Shown: positions 9,931 to 17,719 of the stretch, in pieces
Layout: every line of letters starts with the position of its first letter
Position numbering within the stretch: position 1 is the first letter of the stretch
Virus record (IMG/VR): IMGVR_UViG_3300030434_000006
Location: 64,955 to 89,444 of that record
Source: a virus
Taxonomy: Duplodnaviria; Heunggongvirae; Uroviricota; Caudoviricetes
Length of the DNA stretch: 24,490 bases
Direction: 5' to 3' (one strand)
Translations under genes and position numbers: made by a program
The notes under the pieces: model-generated
The model's database searches: none
The model's input: only the letters and a program-made list of their open reading frames with translations
What the model was told of the DNA's origin: nothing

Positions 9931-10073
9931 CTTTACTGGACTATCAGCAATGTACGTATTTTTAATGCCAACTTTTAATAGAGCACCACTGATGACCAAT
10001 GGAACGGTCAGCTACTGTTTACAGTCAGTAATCAGCGAGTATTATTGATGATGTAATGTACAGGGAGATAAAA

Positions 10074-10886
10074 ATGGACGCAGCCTTGCTTGAAATGATG
10101 GGCTCAGGTGGAAGGAATAAAGCCTGGGCTGAAACAATGGTCAATCTTGAAGCCAGAAAGCTGATTAATATAGCTAACAGGCTGTCAGCCTTACATCTTA
10201 ACGATGGGCTAACCCGGATGCAGTTTGTCCAGGAGATAAAATCGGTTGTTGATAAGCAGTTTGCTGCAGCCCGACAGGCAAAGTCTGATGAAGAATGCCT
10301 GGAGTGCGTTAAACAGCTTAGATCTGAAACAGAAAACCTTGAAGAGCAAGGACGATTACTGCGTACAAAGACAGCAGAGCTCTATGCCAAAGTGGAATTT
10401 GTACGCGAAAACAACGAAATTGTGGGTTTCATGATTTCTGCTGTTCATGTCGTGATTTCAGGCTTTGCTGTAGTTGGCGGTGCTTTAATGATATCGACAA
10501 TGACGCCTCTCGGCGCACTGGCCGGTGCCGTTCTCGTTATGGACGGACTTAATGGGATCTCTAAAGAACTTATTCCCCGCCTGTCTGGCGAGAAAACAGA
10601 AGGCATGTTTGCCGATGGTGCAATGCACGCTGCGCAGTTTATGGGATTTAAAGCAGAGTCAGGGCTTGCTTTCTACAATACGGTAACGCTTTCTGCGAGT
10701 GTTTACAGCATTTGGGGCCTGGCGAGAAAGCCTGGTGCATGGCGTCTGTTCAGATGGATGCCTCGTGATTACTTCCGTAAAGTAGATACTATGAGCCGCC
10801 CGAAGCTGACCATGAAAATAGTTGGCTGGGGTGTAAAAGCTAAGGTGATATTCGATTTACTAAGCGTAAACGAGCAATCACGCTGA
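10074..10886 (+). CDS. DUF4225-like protein; helical N-terminus and hydrophobic Gly/Ala-rich hairpin (putative membrane-active toxin/effector)
   Basis: SD AGGGAG precedes the ATG at 10074. Hydrophobic stretch IVGFMISAVHVVISGFAVVGGALMISTMTPLGALAGAVLVMDG. Family assignment from recalled sequence features; lower GC than the flanks. Confidence 0.7.
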   Translation: MDAALLEMMGSGGRNKAWAETMVNLEARKLINIANRLSALHLNDGLTRMQFVQEIKSVVDKQFAAARQAKSDEECLECVKQLRSETENLEEQGRLLRTKTAELYAKVEFVRENNEIVGFMISAVHVVISGFAVVGGALMISTMTPLGALAGAVLVMDGLNGISKELIPRLSGEKTEGMFADGAMHAAQFMGFKAESGLAFYNTVTLSASVYSIWGLARKPGAWRLFRWMPRDYFRKVDTMSRPKLTMKIVGWGVKAKVIFDLLSVNEQSR

Positions 10887-11198
10887 GTCTCTTTTCAACC
10901 GCCAGTAACGCCATGACTTCCAAGCCAGCACTGGTGGTTGAATAAACGTCACTATGACTATCCCGAAGAGCAGAGACAGGCCTCCGCCAAAAATATATGT
11001 CTTAGTCGAGAAACAGAGAAGAAATACAAATACGAGCGAGCAGGCTGAGACGATCCATAACAACACTCTAAACCTGTTCTTTAAATCCACTACTGCTTCA
11101 TCCAGCGTTCCGCCATAGCTTTCAATGTTGTTTTTGATTTTTTTCAAATCAGCATCAGTAAAGCCCGACTTCAACAACTCTGATTCATTAACTATCAT
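10878..11198 (-). CDS. Small two-TM inner-membrane protein (putative immunity/partner)
   Basis: 106 aa with two hydrophobic segments (LLWIVSACSLVFVFLLCF; IFGGGLSLLFGIVIVTFI) and a basic C-tail. SD AAGGTG. The 3' end overlaps the DUF4225-like gene by 9 nt. Confidence 0.8.
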   Translation of the reverse strand: MIVNESELLKSGFTDADLKKIKNNIESYGGTLDEAVVDLKNRFRVLLWIVSACSLVFVFLLCFSTKTYIFGGGLSLLFGIVIVTFIQPPVLAWKSWRYWRLKRDSA

Positions 11199-11243
11199 GG
11201 TGCATCACCTTTCGTCCTTAAAACGTGGAGTCATTCTACCGCA

Positions 11244-11274
11244 ATTATATACGTGCATGACTCTCATACATCAA
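11244..11274 (-). promoter_or_regulatory. Candidate constitutive sigma70 promoter of the two-TM gene
   Basis: On the minus strand, TTGATG (11269-11274) is 17 bp from TATATA or 19 bp from a perfect TATAAT (11244-11249). Flanked by the inverted repeat GAGTCAT/ATGACTC. Confidence 0.55.
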
Positions 11275-11335
11275 CTTCCTTTGGCACTATAAAGGACTTC
11301 CGGACCATGTAAATGTGTTAAGGAACCGCCAAATC

Positions 11336-11743
11336 TTAGGTTAGCTTCATCCCGGTATCCCAGAAGGCTGGTAGTGATTCTGCCGGAATGCCTCGTGGTG
11401 TTTTTAGCAACTGCAGCGCCTGCTCCATCGTGATGTGCTCACAGGCATACTCACGGAAAAGATAGCCAATAAGCCCTGCCGCCTTTGCTTCTCTGGCTCT
11501 TACGTTGTAAGCAGCCTGACATTCAGCACTCACACGGCTGGTTTCTTTGAAATAGTATTCTCGCGCTCTCGCATAATCGTCTGTGCAGGCCACCAGCACG
11601 TTTTCTGTGATCACTTCATAGCGACCCTGGCAATCTTCACCGCAGTCCAGCAGCCGCACGCCGGTTCTTTCTGACGATGCCAGCACGGTTTTCTGAATAG
11701 GCAGGCCAGTGTCAGGGATCATTCGTCCGTAAACGTCATTCAT
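11336..11743 (-). CDS. Hypothetical protein (135 aa)
   Basis: SD AAGGAA upstream; fills an otherwise empty gap; no recognisable motif. Confidence 0.65.
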   Translation of the reverse strand: MNDVYGRMIPDTGLPIQKTVLASSERTGVRLLDCGEDCQGRYEVITENVLVACTDDYARAREYYFKETSRVSAECQAAYNVRAREAKAAGLIGYLFREYACEHITMEQALQLLKTPRGIPAESLPAFWDTGMKLT

Positions 11744-11884
11744 TTCGCATTCCTTTTATCAGTAAATGGTGGCGCAACCTGCCGCAGAGCCAGACTATAC
11801 GGGAAAAGTGCCGAAAAACTAAAGTGATTTTTATGAAAAATTTATACTTTAAATTCTTTTTTGGCTGTGACCGCTCAACCCCCC

Positions 11885-11906
11885 GAAATTACAAACTCCC
11901 TATTCT
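11885..11906 (+). promoter_or_regulatory. Candidate late promoter (AAATTACAAAC, 4 nt, TATTCT)
   Basis: Same 11-mer and spacing as the site upstream of the major capsid gene; precedes the operon ending in PAAR and spanins. Confidence 0.5.
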
Positions 11907-11936
11907 CCCCGCTCCATTTACCAGAACGGATGAATT

Positions 11937-12515
11937 ATGAGTAACCGTAAAGCCTCGCACTTTGAGCTTTTCCATAACCTGAATATGGCAATGCGCGAAG
12001 ATCCGCAGTTTTCCTATGAATATGACTATTCACGAGAAACGCGGACACTGATGGAAACGCCCTACTGGCGTCTCACCTCGTCACAGCGCACCACGCGCAA
12101 CACGATGATTGAGCAGACGATAGCAAACGCCACGGCGGAAGATACCCGCGTGCGCATGATGGCCATGCGTCCGGAGCATCGCTATCTGCTGATCCCAAAT
12201 TACATCTGCCTAGCGACAACTGAGTTCTACATGGAAGTTCAAGGCTCACTGTCTGATGAGCCGAAGACCGCCGATCTGATGCCGGTCATGTGGTCCGCGA
12301 TCTACGCGCTCAACCTGGGGCGCGGTATGTCTACTGACGTCTGGAGCGAAATGTCACCTGCAGACCAGCTGGCGCAGACCAAATGGGTTCAGAAGGTACT
12401 GAGTACCGTCAAGCTGTCGCGCTACATCACCGATGCAAGCCGCGCTGTCTGGCTGGGCCTGTTCGTGACCTTCAGCGATATCCCGGATGATTTCTACGAG
12501 CTGATGGAGTCGTAA
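11937..12515 (+). CDS. Hypothetical protein (192 aa, mostly helical)
   Basis: Codon usage similar to the phage genes; stop overlaps the next ATG (TAATG); no recognisable motif. Confidence 0.75.
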   Translation: MSNRKASHFELFHNLNMAMREDPQFSYEYDYSRETRTLMETPYWRLTSSQRTTRNTMIEQTIANATAEDTRVRMMAMRPEHRYLLIPNYICLATTEFYMEVQGSLSDEPKTADLMPVMWSAIYALNLGRGMSTDVWSEMSPADQLAQTKWVQKVLSTVKLSRYITDASRAVWLGLFVTFSDIPDDFYELMES

Positions 12516-12712
12516 TGATCGCGGCCGAAAAGCCGATCCGCAAAGGTTCTCGCGTGCGTCTGCGTAGGAATCTGTTTGAGGGGGCGATATGCGTGGTTGA
12601 CCGGGTGGACTGGCTGGAGGATGGACAGTGCTATGTGCTGAAGCATCCCCATTACACCTGCCCGCTTAACTACCGTCGCTGGGATCTGGAGCTGATACCT
12701 GATGACCAGTAA
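12515..12712 (+). CDS. Small hypothetical protein, possibly SH3/KOW-like beta-barrel
   Basis: 65 aa. IRKGSRVRL...G-x-x-x-VV-x-x-V...Y-x-L...Y-x-x-x-DLELI pattern; translationally coupled to the upstream gene. Confidence 0.6.
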   Translation: MIAAEKPIRKGSRVRLRRNLFEGAICVVDRVDWLEDGQCYVLKHPHYTCPLNYRRWDLELIPDDQ

Positions 12713-12739
12713 AACGCGCTCTGGCGCCGGGGGCAGCTG

Positions 12740-13024
12740 ATGCCTGCTGCCGGTACGCTGGACTCCGTTTGTTCCGGACACGGTGCCTTCCCTTCACGTC
12801 AGACCGCTGAGGCTGACGCGGGGCTAACCATCAACGGCAAGGCCGTGCTGGTGGACGGCAAACTGTTTAAGGATCACACGGACGGGAAAAGCACTCACAA
12901 CGGCAAGGCGGTCTCTGGCCGTCCGTGGTTCACCATTAACGGCAAAGGCATTGTGTGCGTTGACGATCAGGTTTCATGCGGATCGACAGTCGCAACAGGC
13001 GATGCCGGATTCCAGGTGAACTGA
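12740..13024 (+). CDS. PAAR-family spike-tip protein (T4 gp5.4-like)
   Basis: 94 aa. PAAGTLDSVCSGH, INGKAV and INGKGIV repeats, Zn-ligand His/Cys residues (H14, H46, H53, C80), ending V-x-x-G-x-x-x-F-x-V-N. Confidence 0.9.
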   Translation: MPAAGTLDSVCSGHGAFPSRQTAEADAGLTINGKAVLVDGKLFKDHTDGKSTHNGKAVSGRPWFTINGKGIVCVDDQVSCGSTVATGDAGFQVN

Positions 13025-13077
13025 TTGCCCTTTTTCATGCACGCAGCCGTCATGGCTGCGCTTACACAGGAATAACC

Positions 13078-13602
13078 ATGTTCAGTGAAATCACCTTCAC
13101 CGGCTGGCTTAAACGCGCTGTCGCCGTGGCGCTATGCGCGGCTCTGCTGCTGCTGGGCCATAAGGGCTACGTGACCGTTAAGGACCACTTAGCACACGTT
13201 GCAGCGCTGGAATCAGCCAACGACACGCTCACCACCAATAACAAAACACTCACCGGCAATAACAGCACCCTCAAAGCCTCGCTTTCTGAGCAGCAGGCGC
13301 AGACGGTCACGCTGCAGCGGACCCTGGCTGAGCGGGAAAAAGACCGGCAGGAATACGCGCAGAAACAGGCGGCGCTGGAGCAGGAATTAGTGAAAATTAA
13401 AGAGGATAGTCAGAATGAAATTGATGAGATCAACCGTGCGATATTGCTTGCTGGTGTTAATCATACTGCTTTGCCTGCCAGCGTTATTCGCATGCTCCGG
13501 GACAAAGCCCGTGCCATTAACACCCGAAGTCGTGACGGTTACAAAGCTGGTGGAGCTGCCGCCTCAAAAAGCGCAGGCCTACCAGCCGTGCCAGGTGGAT
13601 GA
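13078..13602 (+). CDS. Inner-membrane spanin (Rz-like)
   Basis: SD CAGGAA before the ATG at 13078. Single N-terminal TM (AVAVALCAALLLLG), long coiled coil, and an overlapping lipoprotein gene at the 3' end. Confidence 0.85.
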   Translation: MFSEITFTGWLKRAVAVALCAALLLLGHKGYVTVKDHLAHVAALESANDTLTTNNKTLTGNNSTLKASLSEQQAQTVTLQRTLAEREKDRQEYAQKQAALEQELVKIKEDSQNEIDEINRAILLAGVNHTALPASVIRMLRDKARAINTRSRDGYKAGGAAASKSAGLPAVPGG

Positions 13603-13717
13603 GAACATACCTGGATTCACTGACCAGTTACCCGCTTATGTGGCGCGAATACTGACATTAGTGGATGAATGCAACCGGCGAAACGACCTGATTTCCGATC
13701 ATAATCAGAAGCTATAA
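13415..13717 (+). CDS. Outer-membrane lipoprotein spanin (Rz1-like)
   Basis: SD GAGGA, signal peptide with lipobox LFA-C27 and Pro-rich mature region. +1 frame overlap of 188 nt with the i-spanin (overlapped architecture). Confidence 0.85.
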   Translation: MKLMRSTVRYCLLVLIILLCLPALFACSGTKPVPLTPEVVTVTKLVELPPQKAQAYQPCQVDENIPGFTDQLPAYVARILTLVDECNRRNDLISDHNQKL

Positions 13718-13743
13718 AAAAAACCGCCCATCAGGGCGGTTTT
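13716..13743. terminator. Bidirectional Rho-independent terminator
   Basis: A8-CCGCCC-ATCA-GGGCGG-TTTT between the convergent spanin and 13747-14169 genes. Confidence 0.88.
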
Positions 13744-13746
13744 CCT

Positions 13747-14169
13747 TTATGCCTCAGCGATGGCTTCGCCCTGATTTTCTACCATGTAGCCCGCAGCCAC
13801 TTCCGGCCCGCCAATCTCCAGCATAATTTTACGCATGCCCGCAGCCAGGGAACCGTCACCCTGGTTAACCAGAAATTCACGCGCCGCGAGTGGCATGTAA
13901 ATGGACGCTGTTACCGGGTTGTGCATCTGCTGCGTATTGCCTGCCCTGCGCCAGCGTGCCATGCCACGGATAGCGTCGTCCTCTAACGTCGGGCATGCCT
14001 CCATGATGATTTCAACGCCGTACATGATGACGATCTGCTTAGCCAGTGAACGTGGCTCTTTTTCGCTGAGCAGATAGTCCAGATGGTGACGGGCGTCGCG
14101 CTGGCTTCCGGTTGCTAAGGTGTGCGATTTAGTGCCGTTACCGTACTGAAAATAGAGCTTATAAGACAT
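13747..14169 (-). CDS. Hypothetical protein with a C-terminal ribbon-helix-helix-like DNA-binding motif
   Basis: 140 aa. PVTASIYMP-LAAREFLVNQG-DGSLAAGMRKIML fits the strand-helix-G-helix RHH pattern. Bounded by a terminator and an AT-rich divergent promoter region. SD weak. Confidence 0.6.
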   Translation of the reverse strand: MSYKLYFQYGNGTKSHTLATGSQRDARHHLDYLLSEKEPRSLAKQIVIMYGVEIIMEACPTLEDDAIRGMARWRRAGNTQQMHNPVTASIYMPLAAREFLVNQGDGSLAAGMRKIMLEIGGPEVAAGYMVENQGEAIAEA

Positions 14170-14266
14170 GAGGATTACCAGTGGTCAATTACATGGCGGA
14201 AAGGTACATCAAAAAATAAATATTTTCCTTAGATTTTAAAATCTTTTATTGCCACCCTCACACCGC

Positions 14267-14287
14267 AAAGTACAAACCGCATAAATT
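14267..14287 (+). promoter_or_regulatory. Candidate late promoter of the capsid operon (AAAGTACAAAC, 4 nt, TAAATT)
   Basis: Shared motif with 11886-11906. Upstream palindrome AGATTTTAAAATCT at 14231-14244. Confidence 0.55.
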
Positions 14288-14338
14288 TGCCTCGTCAAAA
14301 ATTCCCTCGCAGCCGCGCCCTGAAAAAAGGGCTGAATT

Positions 14339-16084
14339 GTGAGCAAAGATATTACCCCTGCACGTATGCGTGAGCAGGACATCATGACCCGTGCTTCGCG
14401 TGTCATGGCTTTTACCGTTGATGCACAGCGCAATGCTTCTGGCGCGATGATTACCGATCGCGTCGAAATGTCACGGAACATTGGCGCTGCAGCAGGCCAG
14501 GATCCGATGTTTGAAGGCGTTAACCCGGAGTTCTGCCGCATTGTCGGCACTGCCTGGGCGTCGAGCATGATCGAGTACAAAGAGCGTCACGGTCACTATC
14601 CACCAGCTGATCAGCTGGCGAACGCCAGCCGTGCGCTGGAAAACCTGATGGTTGAATCAGCGGCTGAGAAGCACGAAGGCAACGGCAAAGCGATGTTTGA
14701 ATCTGTCGCGGCTGACATGCGCACTTCTGACGGTGTAATGCGCCAGGCGCAGTTTGCCGCTCTGATCCTGCCTGCTGTACTGGGCGCGGCCACCAGCGAC
14801 GCATGTACCTTTGTCCCGTGTGAGCGCGATGAAGCGAAGATTTACGAGCTCCTGAACGTCGCCGGTACAAAGTTCGGTAGCTTTGACCAGGGCGACGAAA
14901 TGCACATGCAGTCTGCTGCTGTGTACTCGCAGATGAAGCGCCTGTATCCGTTCCCTGCTGCGATGCAGCCGGACGGCACCAAGAAAACCTTCACCTTCTC
15001 CATGAAGACCGTGGAAGGCGCTGATATGCCGATTCGCGCTGGCCGCGCCAAGCTGCTGATCAACCGTCGTCCGGGCAAAGTCGATGACGGCGACGGCAAC
15101 CTGTATTTCTCTGATAAAGACGTCAAAGGCAATGCTTTTGCGGCCACCTGTAAGGTCGATTACGACAAAGGCAGCATCGCTGTGACCTTTACCGATGCAC
15201 CGGCTAAGGGTACTGAGCTGGCGGCACAGGTTGAGATCAACGTCGAGAAGGCACCAGGCCTGATCCCGGTTATCAACCAGTCCATGCGTGAGTTCACCGT
15301 TAAGCCATCGCAGTTCGTGATTGCGTCTGAACACACCGTTATGGCCGCATCTGATTTGAGCCGTGAATTTGGCATCAATCTGTCGTCTACCCAGTTTACC
15401 GCTATGCGTAACTGGCTGAGCCATGAGCAGGACATGATGCGTCTGCGCACGATGGCATTCCATAACGTCTATAACCGTGAATTTGACGTGGCACTGCCGG
15501 AAGGCCAGACCTACGAATCGTGGGTAGGCCTGATGAAGCACGCGATCACCCAGCTGAGCACTGACATGGTGAACCGTACCCGTAAGGCCGGTATCCGTGG
15601 CGGCTTCGCTGGTGGTGAGGCGGCGAACTTCCTGAAGAGCCTGCCTGCTAACGTCTTCCAGGCTGATCCTAACTTTGTGCAGTCACCGTACATCCAGCGT
15701 ATCGGCACCCTGTTCGGTATTTATCAGATCTTCGAAGTCCCTACCGCTATCTGCGATCAGTTCGTGGTAGACGGCGTGGCGCTGGCTAAAGAGGACATTC
15801 TTTTCTACGGCCGCGGTGATTCTATCGGTGACGCTGGTCTGATCGCGGGTGACGCGGTTCCGGCCATTCCGTATGTCCACGAAACCAACCCGTCGCTGGT
15901 CAACCGCACAACGCTTTGGGGCTCTTCACTTAACGAGCTGCACCCGCGCAATGGTGAAAACTACTTCGCCAAGCTGACCCTGACCAACACCAAAGTCGGC
16001 GCTTACAACATGCTGACCGGTAAGCAGATCGAAGGCGAAACCGCTCCTGAAGCAGCTGCCACCGGCACCGGCACCGGCAGCTAA
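14339..16084 (+). CDS. gp23: Major capsid protein precursor (P1 gp23-like)
   Basis: 581 aa, strong high-expression codon bias, N-terminal delta-like domain ending AMFE|SVAA (E121), beta-rich insertion domain; first gene of the capsid-sheath block. Confidence 0.88.
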   Translation: MSKDITPARMREQDIMTRASRVMAFTVDAQRNASGAMITDRVEMSRNIGAAAGQDPMFEGVNPEFCRIVGTAWASSMIEYKERHGHYPPADQLANASRALENLMVESAAEKHEGNGKAMFESVAADMRTSDGVMRQAQFAALILPAVLGAATSDACTFVPCERDEAKIYELLNVAGTKFGSFDQGDEMHMQSAAVYSQMKRLYPFPAAMQPDGTKKTFTFSMKTVEGADMPIRAGRAKLLINRRPGKVDDGDGNLYFSDKDVKGNAFAATCKVDYDKGSIAVTFTDAPAKGTELAAQVEINVEKAPGLIPVINQSMREFTVKPSQFVIASEHTVMAASDLSREFGINLSSTQFTAMRNWLSHEQDMMRLRTMAFHNVYNREFDVALPEGQTYESWVGLMKHAITQLSTDMVNRTRKAGIRGGFAGGEAANFLKSLPANVFQADPNFVQSPYIQRIGTLFGIYQIFEVPTAICDQFVVDGVALAKEDILFYGRGDSIGDAGLIAGDAVPAIPYVHETNPSLVNRTTLWGSSLNELHPRNGENYFAKLTLTNTKVGAYNMLTGKQIEGETAPEAAATGTGTGS

Positions 16085-16085
16085 T

Positions 16086-16111
16086 CCCCCTTAACGCCCC
16101 CGTTAAGGGGG
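16086..16111 (+). terminator. Perfect 11-bp stem-loop after the capsid gene (partial terminator or mRNA stabiliser)
   Basis: CCCCCTTAACG-CCCC-CGTTAAGGGGG followed by CATTTC (weak U tract). Confidence 0.7.
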
Positions 16112-16130
16112 CATTTCATGGACATTTCAC

Positions 16131-17708
16131 ATGAATAAGATTCGTTTTTCTGTGGGCCAGGCGTCCGGCATTGCGGTGCAGGAAGTCAACGCTGATGCGA
16201 CGACTTCCGTTGCATCTGGCGGCGCGTCCGTCTTTGCCGGTCTGGTTATTGCCCGCCGCGGCAAAATCGGCGCTGTTCTGCGCGTCACGGCTGATAACTA
16301 TCAAGCGGTGCTGGGCGAAGCCATTCACCCGCGCAGCGGTGCGGCATTTGAGCCTCTGCGCCACGTAGCGACTGCCGTTAACGGCGGTGATGGTTATGTG
16401 GTCCGTGTGGCGGCGCCGGGTATGAAGATCCCTGCCCTGTCCCTGATGGCTGATACCACCATGCAGGAGCTGAGCGTGGTGGCCAGCAACTTTGCGCCGT
16501 CTTCCGATCCGGTTCTGGCGGCTGGCGCTGCAGCGATGATCTACATCGAAGATGGCGACGCCTCAGCAAATCGCACTCTGAGCATGGAAGCCGACAAAAC
16601 GGCACCGGGCTTCTACATCCTGACGCTGAAGGAAGTTGACGCGGCTGGCGGTGAGTCAGTGCTGGAATCCCACCAGATTTCTTTCAACACTAATGCCACC
16701 AGCGACATGGGTTCGCCTGCCTTCCTGCCGACCGCGCTGGAAAATGGCTCTACCCGCCTTCGCGCTATCGTATCGGACGACGTTGAAACGCTGATGCAGC
16801 CTATCACTGAAGGCTTCGACGATATGCAGTTTAGCGGCGGCATTGATGGCGATCTGTCTGCTATTGCCACGGCTGACTACACCAAAGCCCTGACGGTTCT
16901 GCGTAAATCCATGTTCTCCTGGACGGCTGTACTGTCGCTGGGCTGCTATGACCCGACCGTGATCGCGGCGCTGGTCAAGCTGGCGGAAGACACCCGTACC
17001 GACATGTTCTACGACGTGCATGGTGCGCAGCTGTCTGCAGCGGCGATGACGGAGGCGCTGGGCCACGGCCTCGGCGGTTCACATCAGCCAGCACGCTACT
17101 ACTGGCCGTACACCGCACGCGACGCATTCACCGGCACCAACGTTAACTGGGGGATCTCCTGTGATGCGTTTGTGGCGAAAGCCAAAGGCGTGGCGCTGGT
17201 CTCCGACGTCGGTGGCTGGCATTACTCACCTGCTGGCGTGTCACGCGCAATCATCAACCGTCAGAACATCAAGCCTATCCCGAATCTGGACGAGATCGAC
17301 CGCGAAGCCTTTGTGACTGCGCGCATCAACCCGGTAAGCCTCGATAAAGCCGGGAACATGTATATCGACGACTCCCTGACTACGTTCGCCAAAAACAACT
17401 ACCTGCGCCTGCAGCACATCAGTTCGCTGATGAACGCGATCGCACGCGGTTTTTATGACGTGGCAGAAGCGCTGAAGCATGAGCCGGACGGTATCACCTT
17501 CAAAGGCCTGACTGATGGCTTAACCGATCTGCTGGAGCGCTTCGTAGCCGCTGAGGCACTGGTTAAACCGCGTGATGTCACGCAAGGCACTGAGCCGTTT
17601 GTTGTCTCCGTGGTGCAAAAAGATATCGACCTGTGGGAAGCCTCCTGGTCTGTCTGCCCTACCGGATCTTCACGCCGCATCGTCGGCAAGCCAACGCTGT
17701 TCCGTTAA
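16131..17708 (+). CDS. gp22: Tail sheath protein (P1 gp22-like)
   Basis: 525 aa with contractile-sheath motifs: F-x-GG-x-DG, WHYSPAG-x-x-R, E-x-x-x-x-x-RINP, and L-x-x-L-x-ERF...V-x-P. Confidence 0.92.
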   Translation: MNKIRFSVGQASGIAVQEVNADATTSVASGGASVFAGLVIARRGKIGAVLRVTADNYQAVLGEAIHPRSGAAFEPLRHVATAVNGGDGYVVRVAAPGMKIPALSLMADTTMQELSVVASNFAPSSDPVLAAGAAAMIYIEDGDASANRTLSMEADKTAPGFYILTLKEVDAAGGESVLESHQISFNTNATSDMGSPAFLPTALENGSTRLRAIVSDDVETLMQPITEGFDDMQFSGGIDGDLSAIATADYTKALTVLRKSMFSWTAVLSLGCYDPTVIAALVKLAEDTRTDMFYDVHGAQLSAAAMTEALGHGLGGSHQPARYYWPYTARDAFTGTNVNWGISCDAFVAKAKGVALVSDVGGWHYSPAGVSRAIINRQNIKPIPNLDEIDREAFVTARINPVSLDKAGNMYIDDSLTTFAKNNYLRLQHISSLMNAIARGFYDVAEALKHEPDGITFKGLTDGLTDLLERFVAAEALVKPRDVTQGTEPFVVSVVQKDIDLWEASWSVCPTGSSRRIVGKPTLFR

Positions 17709-17719
17709 CAGAGGAAATT

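Noticed and set aside
9971-9987. ACTTTTAATAGAGCACC, 12/17 match to the reverse complement of the recalled P1 C1 operator
   Set aside because: Single AT-rich partial match, with no similar site at the rdgC promoter where repression would be expected.
10013-10030. TACTG-N8-CAGTA palindrome upstream of the DUF4225-like gene, resembling an SOS box
   Set aside because: LexA needs CTG-N10-CAG, and here the spacing is N8. It may bind another protein, as may TGACC-N8-GGTCA at 9993-10010, but is not called as LexA.
6079-11198. Restriction-modification system formed by the MTases and downstream genes
   Set aside because: No PD-(D/E)xK, HNH or GIY-YIG nuclease signature is seen, and a strong terminator separates dmt from the downstream cassette.
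9897-11936. tRNA, ncRNA or CRISPR array in the intergenic gaps (P1 has tRNAs near dmt)
   Set aside because: No cloverleaf or T-loop (GTTCRA) context and no regularly spaced repeats seen.
10074-13024. Idea that the DUF4225-like protein is a PAAR-delivered cargo of the virion
   Set aside because: The PAAR has no extension, no adaptor gene is present, the genes are in different transcription units about 2 kb apart, and a stand-alone PAAR is expected as the normal spike tip.
12976-13077. N-terminal extension of the i-spanin in the ORF track; likewise starts at 5159, 10056 and 17633
   Set aside because: Downstream ATGs (13078, 5174, 10074, 17720) have better RBS or family-typical N-termini, and the extensions at 12976 and 17633 overlap the upstream genes.
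14657-15541. Long antisense ORFs (294 aa here; also 17831-18493, 19911-20564, 21988-23349, 4498-5091)
   Set aside because: They shadow strongly codon-biased sense genes, and have no RBS or protein-like motifs.
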